Assembly (NCBI GenBank): GCA_965218795.1
Contig: OZ244653.1
Coordinates: 3,200,001 to 3,264,000 of the forward strand
Source of the DNA: a bacterium
GTDB taxonomy: Bacteria; UBA8248; JACPRG01; G963555815
Direction: 5' to 3'
DNA: 64,000 nt
Position numbers and translations under genes: made by a program. A model generated the notes under the pieces. The model worked only from the letters and a program-made list of their open reading frames with translations, searched no databases and was not told the origin of the DNA. Positions 10,145 through 20,079 of this stretch are shown in pieces; the first letter of the stretch is position 1, and the number at the start of each line of letters is the position of its first letter.

Positions 10145-11500
10145 ATGAGAACGCGATGGGTGAGCCTGGTCCTGGTCCTGGCGCTGGCAGCCGCGGGGGC
10201 GGCGACCGAGGCCGAGGCGGCGGAGAAGCTCGGCAGGGAGCTGACGCCCGTGGGCGGGGTCAAGGCCGGCAACGCATCCGGCGACATCCCGGCGTGGGAG
10301 GGCGGGCTCACCAAGCCGCCGGCCGGCTACGCGCCCGGGAAGCATCACCCCGATCCCTTCCCGGACGACAAGCCTCTTTTCACCATCACCGCCGCCAACG
10401 TCGAGCAATACAAGTCACATCTCTCTCCCGGCCATATCGCGCTCTTCCGGCGCTATCCGAAGACCTTCCGGATGCCGGTCTACCGGACCCGCCGCACCGC
10501 CGCCCTGCCGCAGCGGATATACGACAAGACGATCGCCAACGCGAAGACGGCGAAGCTGACCGAGGACGGCAACGGGGTGCTGAACGCGGCCGAGGGCATT
10601 CCCTTCCCGATTCCGCGAAACGGGCTGGAGGCGATCTGGAACCACCTGCTGCGCTACCGAGGCAAGACCACGACCAAGGTGTCCGGCCAAGCGGTGCCGA
10701 CGGCCAACGGCAGCTACACCATGGTGCGGATCGCCGAGCAAGCTCTATTCGCCTACCAGCAGCCCGGCGCCACGACCGAGACCATCGACAACAGGCTCGT
10801 CTACTTTCTGCAGGAGGTGCTCTCGCCGCCCAGGCTCGCCGGCAACATCACGCTGGTGCACGAAACGCTCAACCAGGCGATCGAACCGCGCAAGGCCTGG
10901 CTCTACAATCCCGGCCAACGGCGGGTGCGCCGCGCGCCCAACGTCGCCTACGACAATCCCGGCACCGCCTCGGACGGGCAACGCACCAACGATCAGTTCG
11001 ACATGTTCAACGGCGCGCCGGACCGCTACAACTGGACGCTGGTCGGCCGGCGGGAACTCTACATCCCCTACAACAGCTACCGCCTGCACAGCGACCGGAA
11101 CCGCTTCGACGACATCTTGAAGCCCGGCCACATCAACCCGGACCTCACGCGCTACGAGCGGCACCGGGTCTGGGTCGTCGAGGCGAAGGTGAAAGAGGGC
11201 ACGAGACACATTTACGCCCGACGCACCTTCTATCTCGATGAGGACAGTTGGCAGATCGCCGGCGTGGACCAGTACGACGGCCGCGGAGAGCTTTGGCGGG
11301 TCAGCGAGGCGCACATCATCAATTTTTACGAGATACCGCTGACCTGGACCACGATGATGGCGATATACGACTTGCAGAACGGGCGCTACCTGGTCGACGG
11401 ACTCGACAACGAACCCGGCTACCAGATCACCCGCTTCGACCTGCCGATGACCCGCAGTCAGTTCACGCCGGCGGCGCTGCGACGGAAGGGCCGCCGCTAG
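10145..11500 (+). CDS. DUF1329 family periplasmic protein
   Basis: LTPVGG.KAGNASG.IPAW.GG, IPFPIP.NG.EAIWNH, AWLYNPGQRRVRRAP, RRTFYLDEDSWQ. Confidence 0.9.
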   Translation: MRTRWVSLVLVLALAAAGAATEAEAAEKLGRELTPVGGVKAGNASGDIPAWEGGLTKPPAGYAPGKHHPDPFPDDKPLFTITAANVEQYKSHLSPGHIALFRRYPKTFRMPVYRTRRTAALPQRIYDKTIANAKTAKLTEDGNGVLNAAEGIPFPIPRNGLEAIWNHLLRYRGKTTTKVSGQAVPTANGSYTMVRIAEQALFAYQQPGATTETIDNRLVYFLQEVLSPPRLAGNITLVHETLNQAIEPRKAWLYNPGQRRVRRAPNVAYDNPGTASDGQRTNDQFDMFNGAPDRYNWTLVGRRELYIPYNSYRLHSDRNRFDDILKPGHINPDLTRYERHRVWVVEAKVKEGTRHIYARRTFYLDEDSWQIAGVDQYDGRGELWRVSEAHIINFYEIPLTWTTMMAIYDLQNGRYLVDGLDNEPGYQITRFDLPMTRSQFTPAALRRKGRR

Positions 11501-11514
11501 GGCGAACCGCCGTC

Positions 11515-12486
11515 ATGCGGAGTCTCCGATCTTTTTTCGCGCTGTTTCTGATATGCGCCGCCGCGGTTCCCTCGGGCGCGGACCCGCTGAACGAACCGGC
11601 GGCGGAACTGACTCGTCCCGAGCGCGGTCTGATCTCCGCCGCCGTTCGCGGGAACGGCGGCATTGTCGCCGTTGGCGCGAGAGGCTTGATCCTCCGCCTC
11701 GACGGCGACGGCTGGCGGCAGGCGCCCATGCCGGCTCGCCGGACGCTGACCGCGATCGCGGCGGCATCCGATGGCCGTCTCGTCGCCGTCGGTCACGACG
11801 CCCTGGTGCTGGAAAGCGTGGACGCCGGAGCTACCTGGCGCGTCGTCCGAGCGGACCCGGGTTTCGACGCGCCGCTTCTGGATCTCTGGCTCGGCGCGGA
11901 CGGACGGGGCCTGGCGGTCGGCGCCTACGGGCTGGCGTTCTCGACGGAGGATCATGGGAGAACGTGGGCGCGCCGCGAAATCGATCCGGAGGAACCGCAC
12001 TTCTACGCCATCCGGCAGGCCGCGGACGGAACGCTGTTCATTGCCGGCGAGTTCGGCACGTTCCTGCGCTCCCGTGACGGCGGAGCGACCTGGAAGCGAC
12101 TGCACACCGGTTACGAGGGCACCTTCTTCGGGCTCCGGCCCGGTCGGGACGGGCGGCTGCTGCTCCACGGGCTGAGGGGCCGACTCTTCGAAAGCAACGA
12201 CGGCGGCGAGACCTGGCGCAGCCTGGACAGCGGGGTTACCGCCGCTCTGTACGACGCCGTCTACCTGCCCGACGGCCGGGCGGTGGTCGTCGGCGACGCC
12301 GGCACGGTGCTGATGGAGGAGGAGGCGGGAAGCGGCTCCATGCGGGCCGCGCCTCTCCCTCGCCGCGGCGCGATCACCACTGTACTGGCGGCGGGGCCGG
12401 ACGCCGTCCTCCTGTTCGGCGAGGACGGCGTCCACCGCTTGATCCTGCCGGCCGCGGCGGAGGCGGGCGATGAACCGGTTCGGTGA
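11515..12486 (+). CDS. YCF48-like/BNR-repeat beta-propeller protein
   Basis: Repeated AVG..G.I and S.DGG.TW motifs; ATG at 11515 followed by signal peptide. Confidence 0.85.
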   Translation: MRSLRSFFALFLICAAAVPSGADPLNEPAAELTRPERGLISAAVRGNGGIVAVGARGLILRLDGDGWRQAPMPARRTLTAIAAASDGRLVAVGHDALVLESVDAGATWRVVRADPGFDAPLLDLWLGADGRGLAVGAYGLAFSTEDHGRTWARREIDPEEPHFYAIRQAADGTLFIAGEFGTFLRSRDGGATWKRLHTGYEGTFFGLRPGRDGRLLLHGLRGRLFESNDGGETWRSLDSGVTAALYDAVYLPDGRAVVVGDAGTVLMEEEAGSGSMRAAPLPRRGAITTVLAAGPDAVLLFGEDGVHRLILPAAAEAGDEPVR

Positions 12487-14806
12487 CTGGATCTTCGCCC
12501 ACCGGCGGTTCGTGCTCGCGGCTTTTCTGCTGGCGAGCCTGGCGCTGGGCCTGTCGGCCACCCGGCTCGGGGTCGATACCAGCTTCGGGAAGCACCTGCC
12601 CCGGCGCCACCCCTTCATGCAGATCTTCAGGAAACATCAAGCCGAGTTCGGCGGAGCCAATCGCCTTCTGATCGCGGTTCGGGCGCGTTCGGGCGACATC
12701 TTCACCACCTCCTTCATGGAGACGCTCAAGGCCGCGACCGACGCCGTGTTCTTCCTGCCCGGCGTGAACAGGGCCTCGGTCCGCTCGCTGTTCACGCCCA
12801 ACGTCCGCTTCCTCGAGATCGTGGAGGGCGGGCTGGCCGGCGGAAACGTCGTGCCGGCCGATTACCGGGGCAGCGCCGCGGACCTGACCCGGGTCCGCGC
12901 CAACGTGCTCAAGGCCGGGATTGTGGGCAGACTCGTGGCCAACGACCTGTCAGCCGCGATGGTGAGCGCGGAGCTGGTCGAGATCGATCCGCGGACGGGG
13001 AAACGGCTGGACTATCTCGAGGTCGCCCGCCTGCTGGAAGACAGGCTGCGCGAGCCCTTCACCAACGAGTCGGTGGAGATCCACATCATCGGCTTTGCGA
13101 AGGCGATCGGCGACGTGGCCGACGGCGCGACGGACGTGCTCCTGTTTTTCGCCGTTGCCTTCCTGCTGTCGGCGCTGCTGGTTTACGTCTTCATCCATTC
13201 GGTCCGGTACACGGTCCTGCTGCTGTCGTGTTCGGCGCTGGCCGTGGTCTGGACGCTGGGGCTGCTGGCGCTGCTCGGTTTCGGCATCGACCCCATGTCG
13301 ATCCTGGCGCCCTTTCTCGTGTTCGCGATCGGCGTCTCCCACGGGTTGCAGGTCGTGAACGCTTCCGGGGCCGCGATTCGGGATGGTGAAAAGAAGGAGG
13401 AGGCGGCGCGCGGCGCCTTCCGCCAACTCGCCACGCCGGGGGCGGCGGCGCTGGCGAGCGACTGCGTCGGCTTTCTCATGATCCTGCTCATCGACGTGCA
13501 GATCATCCAGGACCTGGCGGTGACCATGAGCCTGGGCGTGGCCGCGATCCTCTTCACCAATCTCGTGTTGTTGCCGGTGCTGATGTCCTACGCGCCCCCG
13601 GCCGCGAATTACCGGCGGCGCATCCGGGCGGCGGCCGAGGCAAGGCGGCCCCTCTGGCGCCGGCTCTCGCGGCTGGCGTCCGGGCGGGCGGCCGCGGCGA
13701 TGCTCCTCCTGGCGCTCATCGTCGCGGGCGGCGGCCTGTTCGTCGCCCGCGGCCACGTGATCGGCGACGTCCACGCAGGCGTGCCGGAGCTGCGCCCGGA
13801 TTCCCGCTACAACCGCGACAGCGCCGTCATCACGGAGCGCTTCGCGATCGGCGTCGACTTGCTGACGGTGATCGTGGAGACGAAGGCGAACGCCTGCGTC
13901 GACTTCGCGTTCCTGGACCGGGTGGACGATTTCGCCTTTCGGATGAGCCAGGTGCCCGGTGTGCGGTCCACGATCTCGCTGCCGCAGGTCTCGCGCAGGC
14001 TCAACGCCAGCTTCAACGAAGGGCACCCCAAATGGCGAACCCTGCCGCGCAATACGAAGACGCTGGTCCAGTCGGTCGCCCCGATCCAGACCGGCACGGG
14101 TCTGCTGAACGCCGACTGCTCGGTGATGCCGGTGATCATCTTCACCGACGACCACCGCGCCGAGACCATCGACCGGGTGGTCGCCGCGGTCAGGGCCTAC
14201 GCGGCCCGTCACGAGAGCGGGGGGCTTCGCTTCGGGCTGGCCGCCGGCAATCTCGGCGTCATGGCGGCGACCAACGCGCTCGTCCGCGACACCCAAGTCG
14301 ACATGCTGGTCTGGGTTTATTGCGCCGTGATCGCGTTGTGTCTGCTGGCCTTCCGGTCATTCCGGGGCACGCTCTGCGTGGTGCTGCCGCTGGCGCTGGT
14401 CTCCGTGCTGGCGTTCGCGCTGATGGCGCTTCTGCAGATCGGGCTGAAGGTCTCGACGCTGCCGGTGGCCGCGCTCGGCGTCGGTATCGGGGTCGACTAC
14501 GGCATTTACATCTTCAACCGCATGAAGCGGGCGCTGGATGACGGCGCGGAGACGGTCGAGGCGTTCCGGCAGGCCATGGCGACGACCGGCAACGCGGTGC
14601 TGGTGACCGGACTGACGCTGGCCTTGGGCGTTTCGACCTGGATATTCTCCGACCTGCAGTTCCAAGCCGACATGGGAATCCTGCTGACCTTCATGTTCCT
14701 CGCCAACCTGGCCGGCGCGGTGCTGCTGCTGCCGGCGCTCGCCCGCCTGTTTTTTGGCGCCAGGGTCCAAGACCGGGCCGCTCCGGCGGACGGACCCCGA
14801 CCCTGA
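12470..14806 (+). CDS. RND/MMPL family transporter
   Basis: Two TM bundles, FAIGVSHG, GIGVDYGIY, FQADMG; overlaps preceding gene. Confidence 0.9.
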   Translation: MNRFGDWIFAHRRFVLAAFLLASLALGLSATRLGVDTSFGKHLPRRHPFMQIFRKHQAEFGGANRLLIAVRARSGDIFTTSFMETLKAATDAVFFLPGVNRASVRSLFTPNVRFLEIVEGGLAGGNVVPADYRGSAADLTRVRANVLKAGIVGRLVANDLSAAMVSAELVEIDPRTGKRLDYLEVARLLEDRLREPFTNESVEIHIIGFAKAIGDVADGATDVLLFFAVAFLLSALLVYVFIHSVRYTVLLLSCSALAVVWTLGLLALLGFGIDPMSILAPFLVFAIGVSHGLQVVNASGAAIRDGEKKEEAARGAFRQLATPGAAALASDCVGFLMILLIDVQIIQDLAVTMSLGVAAILFTNLVLLPVLMSYAPPAANYRRRIRAAAEARRPLWRRLSRLASGRAAAAMLLLALIVAGGGLFVARGHVIGDVHAGVPELRPDSRYNRDSAVITERFAIGVDLLTVIVETKANACVDFAFLDRVDDFAFRMSQVPGVRSTISLPQVSRRLNASFNEGHPKWRTLPRNTKTLVQSVAPIQTGTGLLNADCSVMPVIIFTDDHRAETIDRVVAAVRAYAARHESGGLRFGLAAGNLGVMAATNALVRDTQVDMLVWVYCAVIALCLLAFRSFRGTLCVVLPLALVSVLAFALMALLQIGLKVSTLPVAALGVGIGVDYGIYIFNRMKRALDDGAETVEAFRQAMATTGNAVLVTGLTLALGVSTWIFSDLQFQADMGILLTFMFLANLAGAVLLLPALARLFFGARVQDRAAPADGPRP

Positions 14807-14884
14807 CGGATGGAGCGGATCGAAGACAATAACAATAAATCGTCATGAGGGCGGTCCTGCCTCGCGGCTTCTGCGGGCAGGCGC

Positions 14885-15175
14885 GATTCACTCCGGTCTG
14901 GAGCGGGGCGTCATCCGTGCGGAGGCGGTCGAGGCGTTGGGCCTGAACGTGACAAGAGCGGCCGAGATTCCGGGGGTTCGCCGGGCAACGCTTTCGGCCC
15001 TGCCGAACGGCCACGCCGCGCTGTCGCCGGAGATGGCGCTGCGCATCGAGTAGGCCTTTGACGTGAGCATGGACATGCTGCCGCGGATGCAGGCCTGGTG
15101 GGACGCCTCGCAGATGCGCGCCCGCGCGCAAGGGAGATCAGAGATCAACGTCCAGCGCTACGAGCCCGCCCGAGT
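14885..15175 (+). pseudogene. higA: HigA-family antitoxin pseudogene
   Basis: EALGLNVTRAAEIPGVRRATLSALPNGHAALSPEMALRIE*AFDVSMDMLPRMQAWWD; TAG at 15051-15053; degraded start; no toxin seen. Confidence 0.75.
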
Positions 15176-15249
15176 GGACCCCTGCCAAAAACCTGCAGGT
15201 GTGACACCCGATTCCCTCCCCGCCAGCGACCTAATAAACGCCGATGCAC

Positions 15250-16600
15250 TGCCCTTGCAAGGGGGTTGCAAGGGGCGATTCCCCTCCCCCCATTTTCTTC
15301 GTCCTGGACCCCTACCAAGTGCTCGTCGGGGCAGGCCCTCGGTCATTCCCGCCCCCGATTGAAGCCTTCGGGGGCATGCTTGAGCCTTCCCGTGCGCCTG
15401 CCTGGCCGGCAGGCGGGAATGACGGACCGGGGGCGAGTCCCCGAAGGCTCTTGTTGGAGGCCATGCCGCATGGGGTCCCGTCCCTGTCGCGGCAACAAGG
15501 CCGCTCCCTTTGCCGCGTCAAGCCGAACAGCCGTCTCTCCCCCCACCGGAAAATCTGCAGGCTGCGCCCTTGATTTGCCGACTCCCCCTCAAGGGGGGGA
15601 AGATTGATGGACGAGGAGACCATAACTGGATTCCCGCTTTCGCGGGAATGACGGGCCGGGGGCGAGTCCCCGAAGGCTCCCGTTGGAGGCCATGGCGCAT
15701 GGATTCCCGCCCCTGTCCGGCAACAAGGCCGCTTTGCCGCGTCAAGCCGAACAGCCGTCTCTCCCCCCACCGGCTCGGCTGCTCCTTGCCGACTCCCCCT
15801 CAAGGGGGGGAAGATTGAAGGACCAGGGGCGGGTATTTGCGCCTTCGGGGGACGCGGCGGGGCGCATTCGGGCGATGACGGTTTGGTTTGGAGGCTTGGA
15901 CAGGCATGGGGCCGTATCCTGCAAAGGCGGAAACCTGGACGAAAAAAGGCATCAGCATGGATATGGAGGGGGGTGACCACTAGATTTTCCGGGAGATATC
16001 CAAGGACCACCAGGCGGAAGGGCTGACGGATGAAGACATGTTCGATGTGACCCAGATCGTCGGCTAGTTCAATTACACCAACCGGAGGGCCAACCCCCGG
16101 GGCGAGCCTCAGCATGCAGGACGGAGAAGGCCGTTGGGCGACGTTCGAGGGCCGCGGACGCGTCATGGAGGACCGCCCTACGGTGGAAGAGGCGGTCCGG
16201 CGTCACCGCCGGCGCTATGGCGGCGACACCTCGGTCTCCCCGGATTTCGCCGCCATCGAGATTCAGATCGAACGGGTCATGGGCGAGTGGTGGCTGACCC
16301 GGTGAAACACACGCCCAGGTTGAGATTCCAGTGCAGCGGAGCGAAAATCATTGTAAACGGTCCGGAAACCGCCCTTGTCCGGCAACCAGGCCGCTCTCTC
16401 CGCCGCGTGAAGCGGAACGGCCTCTCCCCCCACCGGAAAATCCGCGGGCTTGAGCTCTTGATTTTCCGACTCCCCCTCAAGGGGGGAGTGATATAAGGAC
16501 CAGGCAGGTTTACACGGGAATGACAGGTGGAAAATCTCCCCGAAAAAGACCCCGGAATCGCCCATGAAAGGTCCTTGCAAGGGCGTTGCAAGGGGCGTGC
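15250..16600. repeat. Array of composite palindromic repeats (left array)
   Basis: Modules ending GACTCCCCCTCAAGGGGGGA at about 15580, 15791 and 16468; GGATTCCCGC..GCGGGAATGAC at 15626-15652; CCTTGCAAGGG.GTTGCAAGGGGCG at about 15253 and 16573. Confidence 0.85.
16011..16305 (+). pseudogene. Chimeric remnant: AhpD/CMD-like tail joined to C-terminal half of a PPOX-class (pyridoxamine 5'-phosphate oxidase-like) protein
   Basis: EGLTDEDMFDVTQIVG*FNYTNR then, after a frameshift, RANPR-ASLSMQDGEGRWATFEGRGRV...AIEIQIERVMG. Confidence 0.55.
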
Positions 16601-16710
16601 ATGGACCGCGCCTGATGCGGGCGGCGGCCAAACAGGATGAAAAACGGCGTCAGCATCGATCAGGAGGCAGATTTTCCCGGCAAGCTGACTTGACCCTCGG
16701 AAGGAATTCC

Positions 16711-17586
16711 ATGCCGCCTCTCAGCGTCTGGATCGCGATCTCGGCCGCTCTGCTCCACGCGGTAGCCAATACGACCGTGCGGTCCGGCCTGCGAACCGCC
16801 TCGCCCATCACGGCGTCCCTGATACTGGTCTGGATCCAGTGGATCGTTTTCGGCCTCCTGTTGGTCCCGGCGGGGGGATTCGGCCGCATAGACGCGGTGG
16901 GGCTGCTTCTGTTCTGCGCGGCGGGTCTCACGTCACCCCTGCTGTTCATGATCTTCTTTTTCATCGGGATCCAACGGATCGGCGCGGCGCGGGCCACCAC
17001 CATCAAGTCGGCGGCCCCGATCTACACGGTCATCTTCGCGGTGGCCTTCCTGGGAGAGCGGCCCACCGCGCTTCGATACCTGGGGATTGCGGCGGTCATG
17101 GCCGGCGTGCTGAGCCTGGTCTGGGAAACCGCGGACAAAAAGGGCCATGCGGGAAGGAGAAGCGACTACGTCTTCCCCCTGCTGGCGGGCGCGTGCGCGG
17201 GGGTTTCGGCCGTTCTCTACAAAGCGGGCCTGACCCGCATGGACACACCCCTGCTCAGCGTCTGGATCGGAGCGACAGAGGCGGTCCTGCTCTTTCCGCT
17301 ACTCGTCCGGGTGTTCCCCAAGGCGGACCGATACCGGATCGGCAGTCGGCGGGCCTGGCTGTGGCTCGCACTGGGCGGGCTGGCCTCATCCGGGGCCATC
17401 TACTGCCAGATCCTGTCCATCAAGCTGGGCGAGGTCTCGACGGTCTTCACCCTGGCCCAGACCTCGCCTTTGTTCGTGGTGCTGATCTCGGCGTTGTTCC
17501 TCCGGGATCTCGAGCGGGTGACGCCGAGGGTGGTTCTGGGGGCGGCGCTGACAGTGGGGGGCGGCATCATGCTCAGCGCTTTGTGA
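16711..17586 (+). CDS. EamA/DMT family transporter
   Basis: About 10 TM segments in two repeats; PIYTVIFAVAFLGERPT and PLFVVLISALFLRDLERVT. Confidence 0.88.
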   Translation: MPPLSVWIAISAALLHAVANTTVRSGLRTASPITASLILVWIQWIVFGLLLVPAGGFGRIDAVGLLLFCAAGLTSPLLFMIFFFIGIQRIGAARATTIKSAAPIYTVIFAVAFLGERPTALRYLGIAAVMAGVLSLVWETADKKGHAGRRSDYVFPLLAGACAGVSAVLYKAGLTRMDTPLLSVWIGATEAVLLFPLLVRVFPKADRYRIGSRRAWLWLALGGLASSGAIYCQILSIKLGEVSTVFTLAQTSPLFVVLISALFLRDLERVTPRVVLGAALTVGGGIMLSAL

Positions 17587-17872
17587 CCGGACGCGGCCCA
17601 TCGCGTGACGCAGCCGGCGCAATCTCAGGCAGGACACCGTTGGGCGATGACGGTTCGGTTGGAAGGCTTGAGGAGGCATGGGGCCGTGTCCTGCAAAGGC
17701 GGAAAACAGGACGAACAAGGGGGCATCAGCATATATTAGGAGGGTGGCCACTGGATTTTCCCGGGTGATTGACGAGGTCACCGACCCCGACAACGATTTA
17801 GCGGATCCTCAGCGAGGTGTGGCAAAGATCCCCACTTGGCGGCGCTCACACGCCCGTGCGCCACATACTTGC

Positions 17873-17931
17873 TCCCAACCGTCGAAATGCGGTTGATACT
17901 TCCTAATCCGCAGAGGAACTTCTTGTTAGCA
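17873..17931 (+). other. Degenerate attC-like site (59 bp)
   Basis: TCCCAAC...TGCGG...CCGCA...GTTAGCA; immediately precedes low-GC ORF at 18009. Confidence 0.4.
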
Positions 17932-18008
17932 ATGACAAAAAGACGACCGCGGTCTATACTCTCAACTCCTCAACCCATGGGGCAGTCCTGGAAACGATAG
18001 GAGGCAGT

Positions 18009-18638
18009 GTGCCGAACGAAGATCCACAAATGCCGAGCGGCGAACGGCAACGACTTGGTATTCCGAATTGTCTGCGCTGTATCCTCACTGCAATTTCGGC
18101 ATTGCTTATATTCGTAACAAGCGTGTCTATCGTCCTCTTCGTGGTTAACAAGAAGTCATTTCCTGCGCCCGAGGAGTTAGAGTCGAGCTTTCTGCTCGCG
18201 CTTGCGATTGGGGTGCTGCTCGTCCTCTATGTGCCATGGCAACGGATTAGCATCGCTGGTGTTGAGATCGAGCGCGAACTTCAAGAACAAGCCAAGGATT
18301 TCAGGGAACAAGACGAGAATTCCTCAAAACAAATTGAGCGACTGCAAAAGGAGAATGCAGAACTTCGCAAGAATCCTGCGGAACTACAACTACTACAGAA
18401 AGAACAAAAGCAAAAAGAACAAGAGGAAATGCTTATCCTAAAGTTCTTGAATGAATGGTCAAGCTGGGGGTTCACACCGTTACGAATCAAGAATAGGGGC
18501 GGTAAGGAGTCGGGTTATGAAGAGCTGGGTAAACTTAGCACTAGTAGAATACGAGTGATCCTGAGCAATTTGGTTGCTGATGGCATGGTGCGTTTACGAG
18601 TAAGTAGGAACGGTAATATACTGTACCAAGCCCGCTAG
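18009..18638 (+). CDS. Hypothetical membrane protein (2 TM, coiled coil, possible C-terminal winged helix)
   Basis: 209-aa low-GC ORF with GGAGG RBS before GTG. Confidence 0.65.
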   Translation: MPNEDPQMPSGERQRLGIPNCLRCILTAISALLIFVTSVSIVLFVVNKKSFPAPEELESSFLLALAIGVLLVLYVPWQRISIAGVEIERELQEQAKDFREQDENSSKQIERLQKENAELRKNPAELQLLQKEQKQKEQEEMLILKFLNEWSSWGFTPLRIKNRGGKESGYEELGKLSTSRIRVILSNLVADGMVRLRVSRNGNILYQAR

Positions 18639-18650
18639 CTATATTAGGGT

Positions 18651-19145
18651 ATGTTAACATTGGAGTCGCTGGTGCCGAACGCGGGCAAGCGTTTTCACGA
18701 CGCTAGGCTCAACTCTGAAGTCATCTACGGCTTCCACACCCTGGCCATCGACGAGAAGCGCCGCGATTTTCCGCCTTCTCTCTGGAACGAGAGCGACGTT
18801 CAATCACATCAAACCATCGAGCAGGTCTGGTTCGCGGGCGTTCATGCGGATGTGGGCGGCTGGTACGACGAACGCGGCCTATCGAACATCACCTTGCATT
18901 GGATGCTCGGGAAGGCGATGCAGCACGGGTTGGAGGTGGACAAGAATAAGCTCAGAGGATATCGGCGTGATCCGCATGACAAGATGCATCAATCGTATAC
19001 GGGTTTCTGGAAGTTTCGCGGCCAAAGACAGCGCAAGATTCCAGAGGGCGCGACGATCCATGAAAGCGTGTTTGAACGCCGGGACAATCCGGACAACCGG
19101 TATCAGCCCCGGAATCTGCCGGACGAATACGATACGGTGAAGTAG
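18651..19145 (+). pseudogene. C-terminal fragment of DUF2235 (Tle1-like alpha/beta hydrolase)
   Basis: HTLAIDEKRRDF.P.LW, EQVWFAGVHADVGG, LSNITLHWM, IHESV; N-terminal catalytic half absent. Confidence 0.75.
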
Positions 19146-19150
19146 GTGAC

Positions 19151-19211
19151 TGTCGGGTTACGCTCTGCCCTGCATGTGCCTGCCGGCACGGTAGCAGGTA
19201 ACCCGACCTAC
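19151..19211. repeat. REP-like hairpin (GTCGGGTTAC...GTAACCCGACCTAC)
   Basis: 10-bp perfect inverted repeat ending in CTAC, with a nested CCTGC...GCAGG hairpin. Confidence 0.6.
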
Positions 19212-19249
19212 GGCTGCTGTTAATTGCTGGGTACAAACCGAGGATTAGT

Positions 19250-19963
19250 ATGAAAGCTCATTTTCGTACCACACGTAAACATGCCTTCATTGTGCGCCGG
19301 GATGATCTCGATAAAATCTGGAAACTACTAGAGAATCGTATCGGCGCCGTTGATGCCTCAGCAGAGTGTTCGGATGATATGGTGCGAGAATTCGGCGATC
19401 TGAAACAACTAGTCTCGTATGATAATCCGCTTACGAAGAAGATCCTTAAACTTTCCATTCAGTCACGTTCTGGTGATTGGGAGAAGTCCGCAGATGTTAG
19501 CTTTTCGGATGACGCATGGATCGGTAGCCATATCGACATTCACGTCAAAGCGCCGGAACAGATCGGTTCGGAGATTAAAGATAAAATCTCCGACATTTTG
19601 GATGGGACGAACCCATGGTATTCCGTGCTAACGCGAATACCTATTTCCAATGTAATCTTTTGTGTGTTCCTTTTTGCCTATCTTTCCATGCTAATTTACT
19701 CTTCGAATAAACTGAACGAGACACCAAAAGGCAACAGCATTGAGGAGATATTTTTCACGTTAGGTGCCAACATCTTACTTTTTGGGGTATTAGCCCTTTT
19801 CAGTTGGGCCACAGGCAAGCTATGGTCTAGGCTTTTTCCCGTAGCCTTTTTCCCCTTAGGTCAAGAAGCACACCGCTACAAAGTAAAAGAGAAAATCCGT
19901 TGGGTGATAATAGGCGTTGTAGGCTCACTTATGGCATCAATGATCGGAGGACTTATCTGGTAA
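19250..19963 (+). CDS. Hypothetical membrane protein (soluble N-terminus, 3 TM), cassette-like
   Basis: Low-GC 237-aa ORF with GAGG RBS; its TAA stop overlaps the TAAC of the attC-like site. Confidence 0.75.
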   Translation: MKAHFRTTRKHAFIVRRDDLDKIWKLLENRIGAVDASAECSDDMVREFGDLKQLVSYDNPLTKKILKLSIQSRSGDWEKSADVSFSDDAWIGSHIDIHVKAPEQIGSEIKDKISDILDGTNPWYSVLTRIPISNVIFCVFLFAYLSMLIYSSNKLNETPKGNSIEEIFFTLGANILLFGVLALFSWATGKLWSRLFPVAFFPLGQEAHRYKVKEKIRWVIIGVVGSLMASMIGGLIW

Positions 19964-20016
19964 CTATACCCACAGCCGACACTGTAATGCGGTGCGGCTG
20001 AGTGCTGGCGTTAGCC
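19958..20016 (+). other. attC-like integron recombination site (59 bp)
   Basis: TGGTAAC-tatacccaCAGCCGACAC...GTGCGGCTGagtgctggc-GTTAGCC; imperfect inverted repeat with one unpaired base. Confidence 0.7.
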
Positions 20017-20079
20017 CTACAAAGAAATGAAAGGAAGTATTCGCTACGTTCGACCGCCTCTTCCACGGCTTACATCTGG

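Noticed and set aside
4950-16070. Amber (TAG) readthrough or recoding, since three interrupted genes (5277, 15051, 16065) all break at TAG
   Set aside because: Many intact genes end properly at TAG (e.g. 7988, 11500, 32667, 48960). Each internal TAG is one substitution from a plausible sense codon, and two of the three genes have other lesions.
15098-16631. ORFs across the left repeat array
   Set aside because: Translations (e.g. NLPPLEGES) are repeat-derived and recur in every copy; no coding signature.
18639-18720. Third attC site after the 18009 ORF
   Set aside because: A TAAC is present but there is no matching GTTRRRY or inverted repeat before the DUF2235 fragment begins; at most a truncated site.
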